DNA of 64,000 bases from Candidatus Gastranaerophilales bacterium (lineage in GTDB: Bacteria > Cyanobacteriota > Vampirovibrionia > Gastranaerophilales > Gastranaerophilaceae), in the NCBI GenBank assembly GCA_944324165.1, contig CALUVG010000001.1:2773-66772 (forward strand), written 5' to 3'. The notes under the pieces were generated by a model. That model was not told where the DNA came from. It saw only the letters and a program-made list of their open reading frames with translations, and searched no databases. Position 1 is the first letter of the stretch; each line of letters begins with the position of its first letter. Position numbers and translations under genes: made by a program. Positions 18,407 to 27,419 of this stretch are shown in pieces.

Positions 18407-19186
18407 ATGAAAGACGTTCAAAATTTAAAAGATACACGCGAAGTTGATATTCAAAAAGTTGGGATAAAACATCTTGATTTACCTTTGATAATCCAGCGGA
18501 AAAATAACTCAAATCAGATAGTTTGCGCAAAAGCAAGAGTAAGCGTTTCATTACCGAGGGATTACAAAGGCACGCATATGTCACGCTTTGTGGAAGTTTT
18601 AACCGAATGGCAGCATAAAAACTTGCTAGGGGTCGATATAAAAGGATGTCTTGAAAAAATCATAAAAAATCTTGATGCACAAAGCGGTGAATTACAATTT
18701 AAATTCAAATATTTTATCGACAAAAAATCACCTGTGACCGGCAACATTGCCCCGATGAGTTATGAATGCACATTTGAAGGCAAAATAGAAAAAGGAGATT
18801 ACAAGTTTATTCTAGGGGTTGTTGTGCCGGTTACAACACTTTGTCCGTGTTCTAAAGAAATATCCGACAACGGTGCTCATAATCAGCGGGCGTATATTTC
18901 TGTAAAAGTTTCATACGATGAAAATGAACAAATCTGGCTTGAAGATCTTATTGAACTAATCGAAAGCTGCGCATCCTGTGAAGTTTATCCTCTATTAAAA
19001 AGAGAAGATGAAAAATATGTTACGGAAAAAGCCTGGGAAAATCCTAAATTCGTAGAAGATGTATTGCGTGATGTTGTTGTAAAACTCCGCAAACATCCGA
19101 TTGTTAAGGAATTTGAGGTGGAATGCGAAGCCTTTGAAAGTATTCACAATCATTCAGCCTGGGCATATCAAAAAGAAATAAAATAA
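18407..19186 (+). CDS. folE2: GTP cyclohydrolase I type 2 (FolE2/MptA family)
   Basis: DIQKVGIKHLDLPL, KGTHMSRF, TLCPCSKEIS..GAHNQR, FESIHNHSA. Confidence 0.85.
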   Translation: MKDVQNLKDTREVDIQKVGIKHLDLPLIIQRKNNSNQIVCAKARVSVSLPRDYKGTHMSRFVEVLTEWQHKNLLGVDIKGCLEKIIKNLDAQSGELQFKFKYFIDKKSPVTGNIAPMSYECTFEGKIEKGDYKFILGVVVPVTTLCPCSKEISDNGAHNQRAYISVKVSYDENEQIWLEDLIELIESCASCEVYPLLKREDEKYVTEKAWENPKFVEDVLRDVVVKLRKHPIVKEFEVECEAFESIHNHSAWAYQKEIK

Positions 19187-19191
19187 ATGGT

Positions 19192-19220
19192 GAGGGCACT
19201 GCCAGAAAGGTACCGCCCTC
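19192..19220. terminator. Hairpin between convergent folE2 and the pilin-like gene (weak U-tract)
   Basis: GAGGGC...GCCCTC outer stem with an inner CC/GG pairing. No strong T-run on either side. Confidence 0.4.
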
Positions 19221-19229
19221 TTATAAAAC

Positions 19230-20102
19230 TTATTTATCAGAACATTTATGCTTACCGTCCCAGCTCAGGTCATCACAATGAAGATAATCCATATTTTCAT
19301 TTTCTATAACCCATGCTGTACATCCATAGCCGTTAGTGACACGGTGACCTGTTTTTCTATTACAATATCGAGGGAATGGTACACCTGTATCATCTTTACT
19401 CCCCATAGGAATAACACTGCCGTCTTTAGAATAATAAAAGAGAAATACATCTTTGCCTTGTGTATTAGGTTCTTTAATGCCGTTAACATCCACAAATATT
19501 TGCCCGCAAATATTTTGAAGTAATTTACTATCTCCGTTTGATCCTGTACAATCTGCAGAGATTATAGTAGCCCCATAAATAACACTCCCATCAGCCAATA
19601 CTATTCGAGACCCCCAATGGCTATATTCCTGACCATCTAATGTGTATCGTTTTACAAATATACCGCAACCGGTTTCAACATCATCACAAACTTCTATTAC
19701 CTTTAAGTTTTCTCTGATTCGTTCCCTTATAAATTTAGCCATATTCCTGCGGGCATCAATTTCTTCTTGTGGGGTATCTTCAGGAAGCTCGCTCTCTCCG
19801 CTCAAAGACAGCCCCCACTGATTTATTTCACCGTGTTGAACAACCGATAATCGTAATGCATTATTAAGGACTGAATGCATCTTTTTTAATCTGGTTACAG
19901 TAACTCTTTCATTATGTTTTTGTATCAAAGAAGGTATTGTTATTGCAGCAACTATACCTATAATCGCGAGGGTGATTAGCACCTCCGCGAGAGTGAAGGC
20001 GGATTCGTGTTTAAAGACGTTAAGTCCTTTATATTTTTTAGGCTTTATTTCTACGTGATTAGTTACGTTGAGATTAATAATACTTTTTAAATCTTTTCTC
20101 AT
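19230..20102 (-). CDS. Type IV prepilin-like protein (cassette 1), long leader, Cys-rich globular domain
   Basis: FTLAEVLITLAIIGIVAAITIPSL preceded by a 35-aa leader ending in Ala. FVDVNGIKEPN motif. 11 Cys in the C-terminal domain. Confidence 0.8.
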   Translation of the reverse strand: MRKDLKSIINLNVTNHVEIKPKKYKGLNVFKHESAFTLAEVLITLAIIGIVAAITIPSLIQKHNERVTVTRLKKMHSVLNNALRLSVVQHGEINQWGLSLSGESELPEDTPQEEIDARRNMAKFIRERIRENLKVIEVCDDVETGCGIFVKRYTLDGQEYSHWGSRIVLADGSVIYGATIISADCTGSNGDSKLLQNICGQIFVDVNGIKEPNTQGKDVFLFYYSKDGSVIPMGSKDDTGVPFPRYCNRKTGHRVTNGYGCTAWVIENENMDYLHCDDLSWDGKHKCSDK

Positions 20103-20193
20103 TTGTTAGTTCCATCTTTATTCCCATTTGGATTATTTTAAACAAATATTGTTTATAATCTTTATTTTGTGTCTTATAAACAACATTAATTTT

Positions 20194-20222
20194 ACTATAT
20201 ACCATTGTTGACACTTTGTCAA
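20194..20222 (-). promoter_or_regulatory. Near-consensus sigma-70 promoter of pilin-like gene 1
   Basis: Minus strand reads TTGACA-aagtgtcaacaatggta-TATAGT (17-nt spacer). Confidence 0.55.
20208..20222. promoter_or_regulatory. Palindrome TTGACA-ctt-TGTCAA overlapping the -35 of the pilin-1 promoter
   Basis: Perfect 6-bp arms with a 3-nt spacer. One arm is the -35 of the minus-strand promoter. Confidence 0.45.
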
Positions 20223-20239
20223 TCATTTATTATTTAAAA

Positions 20240-20467
20240 ATGAACGATGAAGAATTTCTAAAAAAAATAGGACACAACATTAAAATTTTGCGTACACTCC
20301 GCGGTCTTTCGCAAGAAGATATTATGGGCGAATTAAATATAGACAGGGCTTATTACAGCAGGCTTGAATGCGGCAAGGCTAACTGTTCAATACTTTATCT
20401 TAGAAAAATCGCACAAGTTCTAAATGTTGATTTAGGAAAACTTTTGAATTTAAATATTGAGATCTAG
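20240..20467 (+). CDS. XRE/Cro-type HTH transcriptional regulator (cassette 1)
   Basis: IGHNIKILRTLRGLSQEDIMGELNIDRAYYSRLECGKANCSILYLRKIAQVL. ATG at 20240 has no SD, and TATTAT ends 7 nt upstream (possible leaderless mRNA). The ORF track starts at TTG 20216. Confidence 0.75.
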   Translation: MNDEEFLKKIGHNIKILRTLRGLSQEDIMGELNIDRAYYSRLECGKANCSILYLRKIAQVLNVDLGKLLNLNIEI

Positions 20468-21586
20468 CAGTTCTCTATGCAATTTGACATTGTGAACTCT
20501 TATATAATCAACTTTTCGTTCAACCGCCAGAGTATTCAATGCAACAGTAAATATATCTTTAGTTAAATTGTCTTTTTCTTGCATATTTAGTAAGCTTTTC
20601 CTTGACACTCCTAACATAACAGGGCAGCCCAGCCCGTACAACTCCTCAATTCTTCGAATAATTTCAAAATTGTCCTCTCTTGTTTTGCCAAATCCTATTC
20701 CGGGGTCAATAATTATATTTTCAACTTTAATGCCTTTTGAAACCGCAAAATCAATCCGTTTCTTCAAGTCAAGATAAATTTCGTCCATCAAGCTCTCATA
20801 ATGAGGAGAAATCTGCATATTTTCAGGTGTCCCTTTTGAATGTTGAATAATAACCTGAACGCCGCTTGATGCAATTATATCTGCCATATTCTTATCATAA
20901 TCAAGCCCTGAAACATCATTGATAATCTTAACGCCGTATTCTATACATTTTTTTGCGACAAGTGAACTGCGAGTATCAATGCTTATAGGGATATTTATAT
21001 TTTTATCTTTGATATAACTCAAAACAGGCAAAATTCTTTCCAATTGATTTTCTGCACTTACAGGCTCAGAAAACGGCTTTGTAGATTCGGCACCAATATC
21101 AATTATATCTGCACCGCCATCAACAAGCTGATGCAAATGTTCACAGGCTTTATCAGTATTAAAATACATCCCTCCGTCAGAAAAAGAATTCTCTGTAATA
21201 TTTAAAATTCCGACAATTTTTGTCCTTTCATGACGTTTTTCCTGCAAAAACTCTTTTAATTCTAGACCTAAACTTTTCAATTTAAACGGCTGGAATTGTA
21301 ATTTTTCTGCGATTTTGATTAATTGCGAAACACTCCCGCCAAGAATACAATCTGATTTGTCGATTTTACCCGTGATTGTTTCTTGATGTGTTGCACAATC
21401 TGCTCCAATAGAAAGTGCTGTTTGTTTCAATATGTTTGCCTGTGCAACTGACAACCCGTAAATTTTTATATTGCGATACTGAAATTTATCGCACGCCTTA
21501 TGCAAATAAGATTTATCAAACCCTATTTTTTCAAGTTCAATTTCCATATCAGTATTTACAATATTTTTCAAAATAAAATCGTGCAT
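20450..21586 (-). CDS. folP: Dihydropteroate synthase with ~110-aa N-terminal extra domain
   Basis: IVGILNITENSFSDGG, DIIDIGAESTKP, NDVSGL, DPGIGFGK, LGVSRKS. The 3' end overlaps the XRE gene by 18 nt (convergent). Confidence 0.9.
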   Translation of the reverse strand: MHDFILKNIVNTDMEIELEKIGFDKSYLHKACDKFQYRNIKIYGLSVAQANILKQTALSIGADCATHQETITGKIDKSDCILGGSVSQLIKIAEKLQFQPFKLKSLGLELKEFLQEKRHERTKIVGILNITENSFSDGGMYFNTDKACEHLHQLVDGGADIIDIGAESTKPFSEPVSAENQLERILPVLSYIKDKNINIPISIDTRSSLVAKKCIEYGVKIINDVSGLDYDKNMADIIASSGVQVIIQHSKGTPENMQISPHYESLMDEIYLDLKKRIDFAVSKGIKVENIIIDPGIGFGKTREDNFEIIRRIEELYGLGCPVMLGVSRKSLLNMQEKDNLTKDIFTVALNTLAVERKVDYIRVHNVKLHRELLDLNI

Positions 21587-21641
21587 ACATTAAATGTAGC
21601 ACGATTTGAGTATATAAACAAGTTAATTTTATGAACAGTTT

Positions 21642-22184
21642 TTAAGCGACACTTGAATAACTATCAGAATCCGGCATTGCAATTCTCATAAACTTATCAG
21701 ATCTGTCATTAACCCCGTTAACGACTTTTTTAGTCATGTTTCCGACGCCTGTTACAAATACGAAAAATGCAACGGCACCGCCTATAACTCCTGCAGTACG
21801 TTTATAAATGCCGCTTTCCAGAATTGGTTTTACAAAACGATTGGCTTTAACAGTGTGTCCCCAGTCGATTATAGCATCAGTAAAACGTTTTGCATTCTTT
21901 GATAATCCTGCCCACAAACCTTTTGCTTCCTGTCCTGTTTTTTGCGCAAACTGAATAGCTTCTTTAGTTTCTGCAGACATATTTCTCATTTTTTGAGTGT
22001 CAAATCCAAATTGTTTAAAAGTTTTCCAGGCACCTGTTCTTGATGCAGTTGCAGTAGCGGCAGAAGTACCGGTAACTGCCGCAACTTCAGAGGTTGTGAC
22101 TTTTTTCTGGTCATCATCCTTGCCGTTGCGTCCGGCATAAGCTATGTTGTTGTAATTAACTGCATCAACTTTCATTTTTTTCAC
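21642..22184 (-). CDS. Hypothetical small protein (K/G/A-rich, one Gly-zipper TM)
   Basis: AKGLWAGLSKNAKRF, NRFVKPIL, and TM segment AGVIGGAVAFFVFVTGVG. The track start is GTG 22184; an alternative ATG is at 22175. Confidence 0.55.
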   Translation of the reverse strand: MKKMKVDAVNYNNIAYAGRNGKDDDQKKVTTSEVAAVTGTSAATATASRTGAWKTFKQFGFDTQKMRNMSAETKEAIQFAQKTGQEAKGLWAGLSKNAKRFTDAIIDWGHTVKANRFVKPILESGIYKRTAGVIGGAVAFFVFVTGVGNMTKKVVNGVNDRSDKFMRIAMPDSDSYSSVA

Positions 22185-22202
22185 ACACCCTGTTTTGTTT
22201 GC

Positions 22203-23030
22203 TTAGGCTCTGTTATGTTCTGCCTGAATAGTTTCAACGCCTGCAGTAACACCGCCGCTTACTCCAAAGAAGTTAGCAATTGTTGCTTTTACTTTTTCGC
22301 CTGTAATCTTTGAACCTTTTTCTTTTATTGTGGAAACAACATTATTAACTTTTTCAAATGCATTATCAGCTAATTCAGCAACGCGTTTAAAAATATTACT
22401 ATTCTTAGCATTATCGGTTAAATCATTTAAGGTTTGACCGGCTTTTGTGCCTTTTAATTTTTCAGTAAGTGCTGATGCGGCACCGGATACTGTTTTAGAG
22501 ATTTTTTCTCCGAATTTACCTTTTTTGACAGCATCTGCGACTAAATCATAGCCTGCGGTAAACGGTTTAGCCATTTCTTTAGCAATTTTTTGAGCAACAG
22601 GACTTTTGACAATATTTTCACCGACTTTCATTGTTCCTATTGTTGCCCATTTCATTGAGACAAATCCCATTGCCACACTGATTGCGCCAAGAATTATTTT
22701 TCCGGCAGTTTTAATCGGCTTGCCGACTTTTGAATTGCCTACCATATCTTCAACATTGTTAAGTGTTTCTTCTACATTGCGTTTGGCATTATTCAAAAAA
22801 TCTTTTTGTTCATCGTATTTAGCTTTTTCATCAATAGGGTCAGAGGCATTTCTCATTGTAAAATCATTAACGACATCTGCATCTGAAATATCAACAACAT
22901 CACCAAATTCTGAATTGTTATGCAGTTCTGAATTTTTTGGCTGCTGATTTTGCGGATTTAAAACGATAATCCTTGGTTCTCTGTTACCGAATGATGCAGA
23001 ATTTTTGGAAATACCGGAAATGTTTAACAT
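22203..23030 (-). CDS. Hypothetical protein (disordered N-terminus, one TM, K/A/G-rich amphipathic C-terminal half)
   Basis: VGKPIKTAGKIILGAISVAMGFV, then long amphipathic K/A/G/E stretches and DNAKNSNIFKR. Confidence 0.6.
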   Translation of the reverse strand: MLNISGISKNSASFGNREPRIIVLNPQNQQPKNSELHNNSEFGDVVDISDADVVNDFTMRNASDPIDEKAKYDEQKDFLNNAKRNVEETLNNVEDMVGNSKVGKPIKTAGKIILGAISVAMGFVSMKWATIGTMKVGENIVKSPVAQKIAKEMAKPFTAGYDLVADAVKKGKFGEKISKTVSGAASALTEKLKGTKAGQTLNDLTDNAKNSNIFKRVAELADNAFEKVNNVVSTIKEKGSKITGEKVKATIANFFGVSGGVTAGVETIQAEHNRA

Positions 23031-23166
23031 ATTTTCACCACTACCTTCTAATACTGATTTGCATTAACTATAAGACCACTAAAAAATATTTATTGCTAGT
23101 TACACAAATAATATTAAGAAATATTTACAAAATACACTACCTTCATTTATATTATTTCACATGATA

Positions 23167-24114
23167 TCAATTTTGTAAAGATGTAATCTGATATTTTGCT
23201 CCTTGATATGAATTTCTCTTAATAAATTCGCGGTCTATTTTGTTAAGACAATCCAATTTTTTTCCTAGCCAGCGCGGGGCAATTAAATTTTTCTTTAGAC
23301 CGTTGCCTGCTAGACGGTGAACTGACGTTTCCGGAGGAAGATACTCCAAAAAATCACAAACAGTCTGCACGTAATCGTCTTCACCCATAAAATCAATTTC
23401 ACCATTATTATAAAGTGATGCAAGTCCGGTATTTTCCAGTGCACAAAGCATATGAATTTTAACCCCGTCGACTTTTAACTCGGCAAGTTTCTGAGCAGTC
23501 TGCATCATTTCATCGTGGGTTTCCCACAAGCCCAAAATCACATGCACACATACATTAATGCCTTTTTCTTTTGTTTTTTCATATGCACGTAAAAAACAAT
23601 CAAAATCATGCCCTCTGTTTATTTTTTTTAGCGTCCTGTCATGAATGGACTGCAGTCCGTACTCAATCCACGTATAATAATCATCTTTATATCCTGAAAT
23701 TAAAGATAGTTTATCCTCATCAACGCAGTCAGGTCTTGTTCCTATTGAAAGTCCTACTATCTTTTCATTATTCAAAGCCGAGTTATAAATTTTTTCAAGT
23801 TCGTCAACAGGCTTATAAGTATTACTGTAAGCCTGAAAATAGGACATAAATTTTTCAGCCTTAAAACGGGCAGAAAGAGTCTTAATCCCTTCCTCAACCT
23901 GTTGCTCTATACTCAAGAGATTTGAATGAGCCTGAGAAAAACTTCCCCCCTCATCACAAAAAACACATCCGCCATGAGAAATGGTACCGTCTCTGTTCGG
24001 ACAGGAAAATCCGGCATCCAGTGTGATTTTATAAACTTTAACTCCGAATTTATCCTTTAAGAGCCGGCTAAACTGATTATAGCGTTTATTATCTCCGTCA
24101 GCGCACATAACCAA
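23167..24114 (-). CDS. Radical SAM protein, TIGR01212/YhcC-like
   Basis: DAGFSCPNRDGTISHGGCVFCDEGG cluster, TIM-barrel-like remainder, length about 315 aa. Confidence 0.85.
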   Translation of the reverse strand: MVMCADGDNKRYNQFSRLLKDKFGVKVYKITLDAGFSCPNRDGTISHGGCVFCDEGGSFSQAHSNLLSIEQQVEEGIKTLSARFKAEKFMSYFQAYSNTYKPVDELEKIYNSALNNEKIVGLSIGTRPDCVDEDKLSLISGYKDDYYTWIEYGLQSIHDRTLKKINRGHDFDCFLRAYEKTKEKGINVCVHVILGLWETHDEMMQTAQKLAELKVDGVKIHMLCALENTGLASLYNNGEIDFMGEDDYVQTVCDFLEYLPPETSVHRLAGNGLKKNLIAPRWLGKKLDCLNKIDREFIKRNSYQGAKYQITSLQN

Positions 24115-24282
24115 TTAGGCATTTTCTTTTTCTTCAATTATCGGATAAACATAATGTTCGCCGCAATTAGGGCAAACAACTTCCTGTTGTTTACCTTCTT
24201 CAAGCTGTGCTACTTCAAAAAGAGTTCTACAGCCGGATTGCACACATCTGATTGCCCATGTTGGTCTTATTAATCTTGCCAT
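24115..24282 (-). CDS. Small zinc-ribbon protein (55 aa)
   Basis: GAGGGAAG SD upstream of the ATG at 24282. C-x4-C...CPNC. Its stop abuts the radical SAM ATG. Confidence 0.5.
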   Translation of the reverse strand: MARLIRPTWAIRCVQSGCRTLFEVAQLEEGKQQEVVCPNCGEHYVYPIIEEKENA

Positions 24283-24404
24283 TTTTCTTCCCTCACTTAT
24301 TTTTCTATACACAATTAATATACCACAAATTAACATACTGCACAAGTGGCGGTTTAAAGCTCTGCAAACTTGTATTTTAAATAATTTTTTGATATACTCA
24401 CAGT

Positions 24405-25229
24405 ATGGAAAATATAAAAACTGTCAAACTTAAAAATTTTGAAATAGGCGGGGATAAATTAACAATATTAGCAGGTCCATGCGCCATTGAGAGTATGGAA
24501 ATTCTTGATGAAACCGCTAAAGGTCTGAAAGAAATAACTAACCGTCTGGATATTAATTTTGTATTTAAATCATCTTTTGATAAGGCTAACCGCTCATCAA
24601 TAAACTCTTTTCGTGGTCCGGGATTGAAAAAAGGACTGGAGATGCTGGCAGCAATTAAATCAAAATATGATTTGCCAATAGTCACAGACATTCACACTCC
24701 CGATCAGGCTGACCCGGTGGCAGAAGTTGCTGATATATTACAAATACCGGCATTTTTATGCCGCCAAACAGATCTTCTTGTAGCTGCGGCAAAAACAGGT
24801 AAAATTGTAAATATTAAAAAAGGGCAATTTCTTGCGCCTGAACAAATGGGGTCTCTAATAAAAAAAGTTGAGGACAGCGGGAATACCAATATTATGGTAA
24901 CCGACCGCGGCGTAACATTCGGATATAACAATCTGGTTGTAGATTTCCGTGCAATTCCGATTATGCAGTCTTTTGGATATCCTGTAGTCTTTGACGCAAC
25001 CCACAGCGTCCAATTGCCGGGAGCCGGCGGCACATGCTCAGGCGGTGACAGAAAATTTGTTCCGGTGCTTGCTAAAGCTGCTATGGCTGCAGGAGCCAAT
25101 GTTCTGTTTTTTGAAATTCACCCTGATCCTGATTGCGCAAAATGCGACGGACCAAATATGATTCCTCTGGATAAAGCCGAAGATTTATTCAAAATTTGCA
25201 AACAAATATTTCAACTTGTGAGAGCATAA
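24405..25229 (+). CDS. kdsA: 3-deoxy-8-phosphooctulonate (KDO8P) synthase
   Basis: LTILAGPCAIES, FKSSFDKANRSS, QIPAFLCRQTDL, FDATHSVQ. Confidence 0.9.
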   Translation: MENIKTVKLKNFEIGGDKLTILAGPCAIESMEILDETAKGLKEITNRLDINFVFKSSFDKANRSSINSFRGPGLKKGLEMLAAIKSKYDLPIVTDIHTPDQADPVAEVADILQIPAFLCRQTDLLVAAAKTGKIVNIKKGQFLAPEQMGSLIKKVEDSGNTNIMVTDRGVTFGYNNLVVDFRAIPIMQSFGYPVVFDATHSVQLPGAGGTCSGGDRKFVPVLAKAAMAAGANVLFFEIHPDPDCAKCDGPNMIPLDKAEDLFKICKQIFQLVRA

Positions 25230-25853
25230 ATGATTATAAAAACATATGTCGCAGGACCAATTCAAGCAAATAACTATCTGGTAATTGATGAAGAGTCAAA
25301 AGAGGCTGTTCTTATTGACTGTTCTGAAAGGAAACAGGAAATTCTTGATGAGGTTAAAAATCAACAATTAAAAGTTAAATACATTCTTCTTACTCACGGG
25401 CATTTTGACCATGCCCTGGGCGTAAATGACATGCAGAAAGAATTGAATGCCCCTGCTTTTGTTAACAAATTTGATATTCCGCAGCTTGAAAGCACATCCA
25501 GCATAATGTCTGCTTTTGGCATTCAAGGAGCCGCTAATCCTGCTGTCACACATTTTATAGAAAGCGGTGCCGACTTTTCAATCGGAAAACATAAAATAAA
25601 TATTCTGGAAACTCCTGGGCATACGGAAGGCGGCGTTTGCTATCTTATTGACGACAAACTTTTTTCAGGAGATACTTTATTTTATGAGAGTGTTGGAAGA
25701 ACTGATCTTATGGGTGGTGATTTCAAAAAACTTCACAACAGCGTTGTCAATATTTTGTTCAATCTGGATCAAAATACAACTGTTTACCCCGGTCACGGTT
25801 CTTCAACAACTATAGGATATGAAAAAAATAATAACGAAATTATTAATTATTAG
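25230..25853 (+). CDS. MBL-fold metallo-hydrolase (glyoxalase II-like)
   Basis: LLTHGHFDHALG, TPGHTEG, and GD..F...GRTDL motifs. Confidence 0.85.
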   Translation: MIIKTYVAGPIQANNYLVIDEESKEAVLIDCSERKQEILDEVKNQQLKVKYILLTHGHFDHALGVNDMQKELNAPAFVNKFDIPQLESTSSIMSAFGIQGAANPAVTHFIESGADFSIGKHKINILETPGHTEGGVCYLIDDKLFSGDTLFYESVGRTDLMGGDFKKLHNSVVNILFNLDQNTTVYPGHGSSTTIGYEKNNNEIINY

Positions 25854-25868
25854 ATAGACGAGGCAATA

Positions 25869-26903
25869 ATGAAAGAACAACTGGAAAAAATTTATGCAAA
25901 TGCAACAGAAGATCTTAACAAAGCATCTTCTATTAATGATATTGAAGAAATAAGAGCCAAATATTTAAGCCGTAAGGGTGAATTTAATGAAATAAAAAAG
26001 AATCTTAAAAATTTGTCAGATGAAGACAAACGTATTGTTGGCTCACTTGCAAATGAAATAACGCAGAAACTTGAATCTTCACTCAAAACTAAATATGATG
26101 AATTCTATAAAAAAGAATTAAACGAAAAACTTCAAAAAGAAAGAATAGATATAACTCTGCCCGGCAAATTTATACCGCGCGGAAAAGTTCATCCGCTTAC
26201 AGCAACCACAAATGAAATAGTTTCAATATTCCAAAGTCTGGGATTTTCAGTAGTTCCGGATGAACAATCTCCGGAAGTTGAAACTGAATACTATAATTTT
26301 GATGCATTGAATGTGCCTAAAGATCACCCTGCACGCGATGTACAGGATACATTCTACACTGAACTTGCATCAAATGTAGTATTGAGAAGTCAGACTTCAG
26401 GGGCTCAAATTCATGCAATGGAAGGTAAAAATCCGCCTATAAGAGTAATCTCTCCGGGACGCGTTTATAGAAATGAAAACATAAATGCACGTAAAAACAA
26501 CTTCTTCCATCAGATTGAAGGATTATACGTTGATAAAAATATAACATTCGGAGACTTAAAAGGAGTTCTTAATGAATTTATAAGAATTTATTTCGGAGCA
26601 AGCCGTCCAACCAGATTTAGAAGCAGCTTTTTCCCGTTTACCGAGCCTTCTGCGGAAATTGATGTTCAATGTATTATGTGTGAAGGTAAGGGATGCAGAA
26701 CATGTTCCGGCACAGGCTGGCTGGAAATTTTGGGGTCTGGCATGGTTGATCCTAATGTTCTACGTAATGTTGGCATAGACCCTGATGTTTATTCCGGATT
26801 TGCATTCGGTATGGGGGTAGAACGTCTGGCTATGCTGAAATATGCGATTGATGATATTCGTCTTTTCTTTAATAATGACGAAAGATTCTTGAAACAGTTT
26901 TAG
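25869..26903 (+). CDS. pheS: Phenylalanine--tRNA ligase alpha subunit
   Basis: HPARDVQDTFY, RSQTSGAQI, FHQIEGL, FPFTEPSAE, GFAFGMGVERLAML. Confidence 0.95.
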   Translation: MKEQLEKIYANATEDLNKASSINDIEEIRAKYLSRKGEFNEIKKNLKNLSDEDKRIVGSLANEITQKLESSLKTKYDEFYKKELNEKLQKERIDITLPGKFIPRGKVHPLTATTNEIVSIFQSLGFSVVPDEQSPEVETEYYNFDALNVPKDHPARDVQDTFYTELASNVVLRSQTSGAQIHAMEGKNPPIRVISPGRVYRNENINARKNNFFHQIEGLYVDKNITFGDLKGVLNEFIRIYFGASRPTRFRSSFFPFTEPSAEIDVQCIMCEGKGCRTCSGTGWLEILGSGMVDPNVLRNVGIDPDVYSGFAFGMGVERLAMLKYAIDDIRLFFNNDERFLKQF

Positions 26904-26958
26904 TTTGCAGCTATCTATCATTTATTTTTCATACTGTTTGATAGATATTTTATTATTT

Positions 26959-26993
26959 AAAGGCACTTCCAAATTTTTGAAAGTGCCTTTTTT
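26959..26993 (+). terminator. Intrinsic terminator after pheS
   Basis: AAAGGCACTT...AAGTGCCTTT stem followed by TTTTT. Confidence 0.75.
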
Positions 26994-27020
26994 ATATATA
27001 ATCAAGCAAATTATCAACAA

Positions 27021-27407
27021 CTAACTTAATGCCATTAATGCTTTTACTGAGCGGGCATTATCTCTGACTTCTTCATCAGAGTGCTTTTCAACAGTATCTG
27101 CCAAAATTTTAATTGCCTCAGTCTTATCTTTTAAACCTAACAATTCATTAATAGTACTCATCGCTACCATTGTTGAAAGGTCATTTATCCCTTTACCTTT
27201 GTTAGTAATAACAACTGATAAAGATTCATGATTATTTTTCTTTACCAGAGCACGGGAGGTCATTTCACGGATAACATCAAGTGAAGAATTTGTACCGATT
27301 TCTTCCAGAACTTGTACCGATTCAGGATCTTTATGGTTACCCAAACCTTCAATTATATTACTTACATTTTTCAAATGTTTATTATTTTTTGCCATTAATG
27401 CTGTCAT
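27021..27407 (-). CDS. Hypothetical HEAT-like repeat protein (128 aa)
   Basis: Helical repeats ending in SDEEVRDNARSVKALMALS. 12 nt downstream of the 175-aa ORF. Confidence 0.55.
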   Translation of the reverse strand: MTALMAKNNKHLKNVSNIIEGLGNHKDPESVQVLEEIGTNSSLDVIREMTSRALVKKNNHESLSVVITNKGKGINDLSTMVAMSTINELLGLKDKTEAIKILADTVEKHSDEEVRDNARSVKALMALS

Positions 27408-27419
27408 CTTCTACCTCCC

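Noticed and set aside
20217-20222. TGTCAA shared by all three pilin/XRE intergenic regions as a cassette-specific operator half-site
   Set aside because: It is simply the reverse complement of the -35 consensus TTGACA. It also occurs with the same 17-nt geometry at the unrelated sigma-factor promoter (17672-17677). The cassette-specific signal is the differing inverted repeats around it, not the hexamer.
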